Positions 42,104 through 53,780 of a stretch of 64,000 nucleotides of DNA are shown here, one piece after another. This DNA comes from the human T2T-CHM13v2.0 reference genome, Homo sapiens, in the NCBI RefSeq assembly GCF_009914755.1, contig NC_060940.1. One strand, given 5' to 3'. Under the pieces are notes generated by a model that made no database searches, had not been told where the DNA came from, and saw nothing but the letters and a program-made list of their open reading frames with translations. Made by a program: the position numbers and the translations under genes. Numbering within the stretch: the stretch's first letter is position 1; each line of letters opens with the position of its first letter.

Positions 42104-45100
42104 CAGTGCACGAGTTAGTACTGGAATCATAGCAGTGCATGGGTCAGTGCTGCACCACGCTGACACTCAGTCAGGACCCTGTAGATGTCATTAGTGCCAC
42201 CCTACGCTGACACTAGGTCAGTACCAGGTAGATATCATTAGTGCTGCGCCACGCCGACACTTGGTCAGTACTGTGTAGATATCATTAGTGCTGTGCCACG
42301 CTGACGCTCGGTCAGTACCATGTAGATATCATTAGTGCTGTGCCACACTTATGCTCAGTCAGTACCATGTAGATATCAGTGCGTGGTTAGTGCTGCGCCA
42401 CGCCAACACTCGGTCAGTACCATGTAGATATCATTAGTGCTGTGCCACGCTGACGCTTGGTCAGTACCATGTATATATCATTAGTGTTGCACCACACTGA
42501 TGCTCAGTCTGTACTGTGTAGATGTCAGTGCACGGTTAGTGCTGTGCCACGCTGACGCTTGGTCAGTACCGTGTAGATATCAGTGCACGGTTAGTGCTGC
42601 ACCACACCGACGCTCAGTCAGTACCGTGTAGATATCAGTGCACGGTTAGTGCTGTGCCACACCGACGCTCAGTCAGTACCGTGTAGATATCAGTGCATGG
42701 TTAGTGCTGCGCCACGCCGACGCTCAGTCAGTACCGTGTAGATATCAGTGCACGGTTAGTGCTGCACCACGCTGACGCTCAGTCAGTACCGTGTAGATAT
42801 CATTAGTGCTGTGCCACGCTGACACTCGGTCAGTACCATGTAGATATCAGTGCACGGTTAGTGCTGCACCACACTGACGCTTGGTCAGTACCATGTAGAT
42901 ATCATTAGTGCTGTGCCACGCTGACACTCGGTCAGTACCGTGTAGATATCAGTGCACGGTTAGTGCTGCGCCACGCCGACACTCGGTCAGTACCGTGTAG
43001 ATATCAGGGCACGGTTAGTGCTGCACCACGCTGATGCTCCGTCAGTACTGTGTAGATAGCAGTGCATGGTTAGTGCTGTGCCACGCTGACACTCAGTCAG
43101 TACCATGTAGTTATCAGTGCACGGTTAGTGCTGCACCACACTGACGCTTGGTCAGTACCATGTAGATATCATTAGTGCTGCGCCACGCTGACACTCGGTC
43201 AGTACCGTGTAGATATCAGTGCACAGTTAGTGCTGTGCCACGCTGACACTCAGTCAGTACCGTGTAGATATCATTAGTGCACAGTTAGTGGTGTGCCACG
43301 CTGACACTCGGACAGTACCATGTAGATATCATTAGTGCTGTGCCACGCCAACGCTCAGTCAGTACTGTGTAGATATCAGTGCATGGTTAGTGCTGTGCCA
43401 CGCCGACGCTCGGTCAGTACCATGTAGATATCATTAGTGCTGCGCCACGCCAACACTCGGTCAGTACTGTGTAGATATCAGGGCACGGTTAGTGCTGCGC
43501 CACGCTGATGCTCCGTCAGTGCTGTGTAGATAGCAGTGCATGGTTAGTGCTGTGCCACGCTGACACTCGGTCAGTACCTTGTAGATATCACTGCACGGTT
43601 AGTGCTGTGCCACGCCGACGCTCGGTCAGTACCGTGTAGATATCAGTGCACAGTTAGTGCTGTGCCATGCTGACACTCGGTCAGTACCTTGTAGATATCA
43701 GTGCACGGTTAGTGCTATGCCATGCTGACGCTCAGTCAGTACCTTGTAGATATCAGTGCACGGTTAGTGCTGTGCCACACTGACACTCGGTCAGTACCAT
43801 GTAGATATGATTAGTGCTGTGTCACGCCGACGCTCGGTCAGTACCGTGTAGATATCAGTGCACAGTTAGTGCTGTGCCACACTGACACTCGGTCAGTACC
43901 TTGTAGATATCAGTGCACGGTTAGTGCTGCACCACACTGACACTTGGTCAGTACCGTGTAGATATCAGTGCACGGTTAGTGCTGTGCCACACTGACACTC
44001 GGTCAGTACCGTGTAGATATCAGTGCACAGTTAGTGCTGTGCCACACTGACACTCGGTCAGTACCTTGTAGATATCAGTGCACGGTTAGTGCTGCGCCAC
44101 ACTGACACTCGGTCAGTACCGTGTAGATATCAGTGCACAGTTAGTGCTGTGCCACGCTGACACTCGGTCAGTACCTTGTAGATATCAGTGCACGGTTAGT
44201 GCTGTGCCACGCTGACACTCGGTCAGTACCGTGTAGATATCAGTGCACAGTTAGTGCTGCACCACGCCGACACTCGGTCAGTACCTTGTAGATATCAGTG
44301 CACGGTTAGTGCTGCGCCACGCTGACACTCGGTCAGTACCGTGTAGATATCAGTGCACGGTTAGTGCTGTGCCATGCTGACACTCAGTCAGTACCGTGTA
44401 GATATCAGTGCACGGTTAGTGCTGCATCACGCTGACACTCAGTCGGTACCGTGTACATATCAGTGCATGGTTAGTGCTGTGCCATGCTGACGCTCGGTCA
44501 GTACTGTGTAGATATCAGTGCACGGTTAGTGCTGCACCACGCTGACGCTTGGTCAGTACTGTGTAGACATCAGTGCACGGTTAGTACTGCACCACCCTGA
44601 CGCTCAGTCAGTACTGTGTAGATATCAGTGCACGGTTAGTGCTGTGCCACAGTGACAGTCAGTATCGTGTAGATATCAGTGCACAGTTAGTGCTGCGCTA
44701 CGCCGACACTTGATCAGTACTGTGCTGATGTTGGTGCACAGATCAGTGCTGTGCCACACCAATGCTTAGTCAGTACCTTGCACAGGTTAGTGCTGTGCCA
44801 CACCAATGCTTGGTCAGTACCGTGTTGATTTTGATGCACTTGTTGGTGCTGTGCCACCCTGATGCTTGGTCAGTCCCATGCCGATGTCAGCACATGGGTT
44901 GGTGCTGTGCCACGCTGACGCTTGATCAGTACTATGCTGATGTTGGTGCACAGGTTAGTGCTGTGCCACACCAACGCTTGGTCAGTACCATGTAGATATC
45001 AGTGCATGGGTTAGTGTTGTGCCACACTCAAACTTGGTCAGTACCATGCATGGGTTAGTGCTGTGCCACACCGATGCTTGGTCAGTACCATGTTGATTTT

Positions 45101-46215
45101 GTTACACGTGTTGGTGCTGTGTCACCCTGATGCTTGGTCAGTCCCATGCCAATGTCAGCACATAGGTTGGTGCTGTGCCACCCTGATGCTTGGTCAGTAC
45201 TGTGCTGATGTCGGTGCACAGGTTAGCGCTGTGCCACACCAACACTCAGTCAGTACCATGTAGATATCAGTGCATGGGTTAGTGCTGTGCTATGCTGATG
45301 CTTGGTCAGTACCATGCATTGGTTAGTGCTGTGCCACACCGATGCTTGGTCAGTACCGTGTCAATTTTGGCACACAGATTAGTGCTGGGCCATGCTGACG
45401 CTTGGTCAGTACTGTGCCGATGTTGGCTCACAGGTTAGTGCTGTGCCACACCAATGCTTGGTCAGTACCGTGTCAATTTTGGTGCGTGGGTTAATGCTGT
45501 GCCACACTGATGCTTGGTCAGTACTGTGCTGATGTCGGTGCACAGGTTAGTGCTGTGCCACACCAATGCTCAGTCAGTACCATGTAGATATCAGTGCATG
45601 GGTAAGTGCTGTGCCACACTGACGCTTGGTCAGTACCATGCATGGGTTAGTGCTGTGCCACACCGATGCTTGGTCAGTACCGTGTCAATTTTGGCGCACA
45701 GATTAATGCTGGGCCATGCTGACGCTTGGTCAGTACTGTGCCGATGTTGGCTCACAGGTTAGTGCTGTGCCACACCAATGCTTGGTCAGTACCGTGTCAA
45801 TTTTGGTGCGTGGGTTAATGCTGTGCCACACCGATGCTTGGTCAGTACTGTGCTGATGTCGGTGCACAGGTTAGTGCTGTGCCACACCAACACTCGGTCA
45901 GTACCATGTAGATATCAGTGCATGGGTTAGTGCTGTGCCACACTGACGCTTGGTCAGTACCATGCATGGGTTAGTACTGTGCCACACCGATGCTTGGTCA
46001 GTACTGTGTCAATTTTGGCACACAGGTTGGTGCTGTGCCATGCTGACGCTTGGTCAGTACTGTGCTGATGTCAGTGCACAGGTTAGTGCTGTGCCACACT
46101 GATGCTTGGTCAGTACTGTCTGGATATTGGTGCACGGGTCAGTGCATGGATTGTACTGCGAGATGTTGAGCACGAGTTCATATCATGCTGATGCTGGTGC
46201 ATGGGTTAGTTAGTA
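42104..46215. repeat. ~4.1-kb minisatellite, ~75 units of 44-58 bp, consensus GTGCTGTGCCACGCTGACACTCGGTCAGTACCGTGTAGATATCAGTGCACGGTTA
   Basis: Parsed by hand: ~48 units at 42147-44689 (mostly 55 and 47 bp), 27 units at 44690-46141 (56 and 44 bp), degenerate units at both edges. Confidence 0.97.
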
Positions 46216-47349
46216 CTAATGAGCCAACATTATTGCATCAGTCATTATTGTGCCAGTGTTGGTACCTGGGTTGGTATGAGCTGGCATTGGTGTATAGTGT
46301 AGGGTAGTCCATGGCAGATAAGGAAATGTAATCTCGACATTCCAGCAGTTCTTGGGATGGACCAAGGGCCAGAAACACCTTTGGGCAGGAAACACCTTCA
46401 GCCAGGCTCAAGGCATTTGGGAGACACAGCTCAGAGGGCAGTGCTGGCTCCACAGGGGTGCACCTTGTGGATGGTGGTCGGAAGGCACCTTGGGCCTGTG
46501 TTCTCACTGTGTTCCAGGGTGAAAAGTGGGGTTTATGTCAAAAGTCAGCCCTGGGTGATGAGTGGCAGCCGCCTGGTGCTGTGTTGAGAGGGACCTGGGT
46601 GTGTCTGGGTGTGGCGGGGAGGCTGAGGTCACTGTGAAACAATCATGCCCGCAGTGCCTGTTGGACCTTGCCCTGGGCCCTGGCCTTTTGACCCCCGCTG
46701 TGGAGGTAATCATCCTTCAGATGCTCACCTTGCAGAAGACACAGTGGTGACCATCTGGAGCCAACATGCACAGAGGGGAGTGTGTATAAGAGCTGGGGGA
46801 TGTCGCCAGACTCCTCCACACAGCTGCAGAGACGTCGGATTGCAGACACAGCCCCTTATCTGCTCAGCCGTTAAGCAGCTTTATGCAGTGCAGAGCAGAG
46901 TCCCACAGGGAAGAGCCTCACTGTCAATTGTCAGCACGTCTCACCCGTAAAGCGTCATCCCTGTTACCAGAGCAGGAGACATCTCCTGACCTCGATGGAG
47001 TGGATGCAGCTACTCACTGCGGCTATAAAAACTCCACCCTCCTAAAGCAGCTGTCTGGGCTTGTTTCTGATTAAGGTCCACACAGGGAGTGCAGCATTCT
47101 GGGAGCGCATTACCTCCTGGCAGCCCTCAAGCTCCCAGAGCAGCCCCAGGAATCCAGAGTATCCTGACATTTAGCTTAACGGGGAGCAGGAGGACCCCAG
47201 CGATTCCCTCCGGAGTTTGGCCAATGCATTAGGTCAAGAAGTTGGCAAACCCAGGAGAAAGTCACTTTCCCATTTCTAATTATTCAAGACCCGGCTGCAC
47301 AAATTGTTTATTTTAGTCGTTGACATTTATTGGAGCAAATGCTGAGTGG

Positions 47350-47790
47350 TGAGCAGTCGTCTAGGGGGTGGGGAGGGGACTGGGAAGGAACGTTTCTGGG
47401 GTGATGGAAACCATCTATACCTTGACAGGATTTCAGTCACCCGAGGGAACGCCTCTGTCAGAACCCATTGACTTGTACGCTTGTGATGTGCACATTTTAA
47501 CTAAAAAAAAAAAAAGCAACCATAAACAAATGTTGAACTCTGGTTAACGCAGTACACCCTGAAGTGTGTTGGGGAGGTGTGTGGACACCTGCCGTTTACT
47601 TTGAAATGCATCAAAAAATAAGACGAATGAATGAACAGAGAGGGATGGAGAAGTCAATACATTTGTAATAGCAGGAAGAGTAAAACGTCAACAACTGTGA
47701 GCCTAGGCAGTGGGTCACTGGATGTGTGCTACGCCATTCTTCCAACTTTTCTGTGTGTTTGAAAATTTTCCCAATAAAATGCTGGGAAAA
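47350..47790 (+). mobile_element. L1ME-like 3' end
   Basis: ttctggggtgatggaaa...tactttgaaatgcatcaaaaaataaga...acttttctgtgtgtttgaaaattttcccaataaaat. Confidence 0.72.
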
Positions 47791-47948
47791 AATTCTAGGT
47801 GGTGGGTTGGGGGTATCTGTTACATTACTTTCTAGGCTTTTCCCTACTTTGGATATCGTTCATGATTCTCTGGGGTGTGAGGAGTGGGAGCGGATTCTTA
47901 GGGCTGGCCACTTTCCGGATGGCCCACCAAGGTAGCTCAGCTGTGAAC

Positions 47949-49005
<1,057 letters not shown>

Positions 49006-51099
49006 TCATGCAGGAAGAATTTTGTTTTGTGCTGATTGCACTGAGATGTTATTTCCCAACAGAGATCATCCTTGGGAGTCCAGGCAGCCGACTCTGAGCC
49101 CACAGCCGGTTCCCCTAGGGCCGGGTCTCAGGCTCCCAGGCTAGGGGGAGGCGCATTGCCCATGCCTGGCCTAACATGCCTCATACCCGTCAGCTTCAGC
49201 CCAAGAAGCCCAAGGCACACGTGCCCATGACCATCACTGACTGTGGAGTCTCAGGGCTGCTATCTGGGCCAAAGGCCCGTGTGCCCGGAGAACTGCCCCC
49301 AGAGCTGTGGTAGGCAGGCAGCATCAGCCCCGCCTCCCGCAATGGAGCTATTCTGGGTACATGAGGGTTCCTGCCAGGGCAGGTGAGGCCCTCAGGAGAG
49401 AGTTCTGAGCAGGGCCCACTGCTGAGCGGTCTCTAACCCTCGGCATCTGTGCAGGGGATCAGGCAGGTGCAGCAGCCATGGTCACCCTGGTGGACGAAGA
49501 CAGGCAGCCAGGGGCTGTGGGGAGACAGTGTGGGAGGCCACACTGTCACAGCAGAATCTTCCAGGCATTGCCACAGCCAGCGTGGGCAGGGCCACAAAGA
49601 GCAGGGTCAGCCTGGTCACGAGGTGAGGCCTTTCCAGCAGCTGACACGGCACCCAGGACCCGAGGCCCACCTGTGGCCCATTTGGCACCCTCTTGCCCAC
49701 AGCTGTGGTCTGTCCATGTAATGTCCTTTCAGACACGCTGGAAGCGTCGGCACGGTGGGGAGGTGCTCAGGGCCTCCGTGGGGCCGGTGGAGAGCAAGCC
49801 AGCTGGTGATGTCCCTGGGCCCTCTCTGAGTGGTGGGCAGTGAGGGGGTTGGGAGTGCCCTCTGGCAGGGGCCACCATGTTGTCTGCTGCTTCCCAGGCC
49901 ACCCTGGTCACAGTGCAGTGGTGGCAAATGCTTTCCATGTGGGAGGGGCCCTCGTGCCACTTGGCCTGTGGCCACAAGAAGGCCTCAGCTACAGATGTCT
50001 TCATCCCTCCATGAGACTCCTGCTGACCCTGTGAAGGCCGCTCACTCTGGCATTGTCTGCTCAGCCCCCATCGGACCCACAGCCCGGAGCATCGCCATCT
50101 CCTTCCTTTCAGAACCACCCACCTGTGTTTTAGCCCAGGAGCCCCAGTCCCAGCCCACTCGGTGCCTCCATCGTGCCCCATTGCTGGGGATGGAGCACAT
50201 TCCCCTGTTGGGAACTGCCTTTGGCTTTTGGAGTTTTTGTGCATCCTGTCCTGCCTGGGACGGATGAGTTTCTCAAAGTCACAGGTCCCTCCAGTTGTTT
50301 TCCTAAGAAGCCCCCACTCCGTTCACCACAGAGTCCTGAATGGATTCAGGCTCCTGGGCCTCAGCGGCAGCTAACTGTGCAACAAGATTGATTCGCTCCT
50401 TGGAGTCCTGGGAGAGCCACGGCCTGGCTGCTGACATCTGCCGTTATACTCAGGTGGCTGCCAGGCCTTTCTGCACCTGCCTGTCTGCTCTGAGCTCGCT
50501 GGTGCCCTCTTCTCCCTGCCCCATCCTCTCCCCATCTGAACGCCGGGTATTTACACCTTCCTGCCAATCTGCAGGAGCCAGCTCCCACATGCCATCCTCT
50601 GGCTGCTGATCTGAGCCACTTGCCATCGGGAGAGGACATGGCCCCTCACCTGGCCTGGGCCCCTGCCAGGGCTTTGTCAGTGCAGGTGGGGGAGGGAATG
50701 TGGAGGACAGGAACATTCTGCATTCAGTGCTGACAAGATGCCATCATTCAGCAGGGGCTGGCTGGGAAGAGGCTCCCAATGACTGACAGGTGAGCTGCTG
50801 TGAGCTTTAGAAGGAACAGAAAAGTACTTTCATGTTCCCAGTGCTGCGTGGCCCACAGAACAGGACAGATACTGCCCTGTGGCCCTGTCCTGGCCCCTCT
50901 CTGCCTCTGTGTCTTATAATACTGCATCCATCCAGGTCACATGAGTCCCCCTGAGGCCCTCGACTCCCAGATACTGAGCTCTGGGGAACTCGCTCAGGAG
51001 AGGAGATGTGGGTGGAGCCACATCAGGGGGAGTGTGTATGAGACCATCTGACTACAGCAGCTCAAATGAGCTTAGGAATGCCTAAGTCCCGTTTTTCTT

Positions 51100-52460
51100 A
51101 TTCTCTTGCTTTTATTTACAGTTCTACCCTATAACTAGTGTCCCCAAACACTAGATTTTTCTTGCTTTTTAAAGCTTTTCTGAACATGGTAGGGTCCAGG
51201 CCATATGCTGTTCTGTGACTTGCTTTATTTCACCGAATCTTCAGTTTCTAAGGTGCACCTTGGTTGTTGTCCGTAGCCGATGGCCATTCATCCTCACTGC
51301 TGTATAATACACCCTTGTGTGAATGTGCCACAATTTGTCTACCCAACTCTCCTGTCAACGGACACAGGAGTTTCCAGTGTTTTGCTGTCACAGTGTAACT
51401 GCTCTGAGCATCACAAGTCTCCTGATGTGTGGCACAAAGGTTTCTCTAGGTGCACATGTATATGGCATGTTGCATTGTAGACAGTGGTTGTGTACAACCG
51501 CACCAGCGGAGCCCAGCCACCTCCAAAAGGCTGCACCACTGCCCACTACCACTAGGGGGAGACAACAGCTCCAAGTCTCCCCACCTTGTAGCACCTGCTA
51601 CCCTTGAACTTCAGTTTCTTTATCAATCCCATGCTGGCAAAACTGTAGCTCTCTTTTTATCTGGTGGATCATTTTATCACAATTATAAATACACATCACT
51701 TAAAGCCTTAAAACATTGAACAGTTCTATAAGGCTTGTTATGAGAAACAACATCCCTCCCAGGTCCAGCCCCCACCCCCAGTACCCTTTCCGGTCTTCAT
51801 GTTGCTATGAATGCTGGTGTGACGCTACTTCTTGAAGTTCTGTTTTAAGCATTATGCATTCACGCTCCAGGCTAGACTTCCTTCACCCTGCCGCATTAGC
51901 CTTATGGCCAGCGCTGACTTTATGGTGATCACGTAGCTGTAATTCATAACTGAGGCTTACTGAGTACTGTCATTTCCTTTTCTTTATTGCACATGTTTTT
52001 TAGAAATGATTTGAGATTTTTGTCGGTTGGTTGTGATTGGCTGGTTTGTTTGCTTGCTTTTCTGTGCACTTATTAATTCAATCCCAAACTCACTCCAGTT
52101 GTATAAATCTCCTCCCAAGACTTTCAAACACACTAGATAATTTATCCATTTCATCTTTGTGGAGAAACCTTTTTCCTCCTGCTGCTCCAATCTGGACTAG
52201 ATGTTCTCCGTGCCCTGTGGTCAGTCAACATTTTGCGAGTCTCCTTTCTCCATCTTACCGGGGAGTATCTGTACCTTGCTCTTGTGTTGAATCTCCTGCT
52301 TCCTAGATCCATGCCCTTCACCTTCTTGGTTTACTCCCTTGTTTTCATGGAGCATGCCCCCAGTAGCTTTGTGAGAGAGGGAGCCAGGGAGGCACGCATG
52401 TTGAGAACTTGGATGTTTTCACATGTGTTTATTCTACTCTGTCACTCACGCTCCTTGATG
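51100..52460 (-). mobile_element. Highly diverged L1M fragments
   Basis: ttctgtgacttgcttt...atgtgccacaatttgtctaccc...ctccaaaaggctgcacca, L1 antisense-like. Confidence 0.5.
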
Positions 52461-53072
52461 GCAGGACCTACCTGTTTTTTATTTATCATATTTGCCTTTG
52501 TTCACCCCATTTTTATTGCCAAGAACATTGTCTCCTACCCATCCACCTATCCAAATCTATCAATCATCAAGGCTACACTCTATGATATTTATTGCATCAC
52601 TCTCTTGACATTTATACTCATCACATTTATTCATTAATTCAGCATTCACTTGATGAACACCTGCTATGTGTGTTTGAGGAATTCACAATGAATCAAAAAC
52701 AAGCTCTTCTGCCAAGAGGAATTCTAGAATGCTGGAGCTAGACGGGACCCCTGATACTGTCTCATGTAACCCCTGTTGCATAGATGGAAAGATTGAGACC
52801 TGCTTGTCCAAAAAGTATGCAGCCCAAATCTCCTGACTTCCAGGCTCTTGCTCTTCCTATGTCAAAAGCTATGTACCAGAGGGGCTTTAATATAAAAGGA
52901 TGACAAATAAAAGTAAAAGCCTGTGACCAGAGTTTCACAGGAGAGAGAGAGAGAGAGCACTTGTAACAGAAGCACTAAGGGCAACAGTACCAGAAAGTCA
53001 TTTAATGACAAAGAGCATAAAGCAGACACTCCATACATCCAGTGTTCTTGGTGACTCTACAGTTATAGTACA

Positions 53073-53547
53073 GTGGTGGTGATGATGGTGGTGGTGATGA
53101 TAATGACGATGATGAGGGTGATAATGATAACAGTGATGGTGATGATGGTGGTGATGAGGGTGATGATGATGAGGATGTTGATAGTGATGAGGGTGATGAT
53201 GGTAACAGTGATGGTGATGACGGTGGTGTTGAGGATGATGGTGATGGCAATGATGATGATGATGAGGGTGTTGATGATGATTAGGTTGATGATGGTGATG
53301 GTGGTGATGATGAGGGTGATGATGATGATGAAGGTGATAATGGCAACAGTGATGGTGATGATGGTGAGGGTGATGGTGATGATGATGGTGATGAGGATGA
53401 TGGTGATGGCGATGATGATGATGAGGGTGTTGATGAGGGTGTTGATGAGGGTGATGATGGTGATGATGGTGATGGTGATGATCATGATGATGGTGATGAT
53501 GATGATGATTATTATGACAAGGGTGATGATGATATGATGATGATGAT
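53073..53547. repeat. Degenerate (GAT/GGT)n trinucleotide repeat
   Basis: Direct reading. Confidence 0.96.
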
Positions 53548-53579
53548 TAAAATAACACAATTACACCGATCTGTGACTG

Positions 53580-53780
53580 CGAGTTATTGAGTGTTTGTTC
53601 TCTGTTAAGTAAGTACTATGCTGAGTGCTTCACCTAAATTAGCTCATTTAATCTCCCATCACCACTCCATGAGCAATGAGTGTTATTTCACTCATTTTAC
53701 AAATGAAGAAGCTGAGAGAGAGAGAAATGAAGTCACTTGTGAGTGGTGGAGCTGGGATCGTTCCCAAGGTAGTCTGACTA
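53580..53780 (-). mobile_element. MIR
   Basis: ttattgagtg...ctcatttaatc...cattttacaaatgaagaagctgag. Confidence 0.7.

Noticed and set aside
44690-46141. CRISPR array (palindromic ~31-nt repeat plus ~25-nt spacer-like segments)
   Set aside because: The variable segments are homologous to each other and recur periodically, the repeats are not invariant, there are no cas genes, and the context is primate DNA. It is a higher-order minisatellite.
42147-46141. Compensatory covariation in stem 1 (CCGA/TCGG, CTGA/TCAG, CCAA/TTGG)
   Set aside because: Matched and mismatched combinations both occur freely. Independent CpG decay explains them.
53063-53560. Met/Val- or Ile/Thr-rich membrane-like ORFs
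   Set aside because: In-register (GAT/GGT)n trinucleotide repeat.
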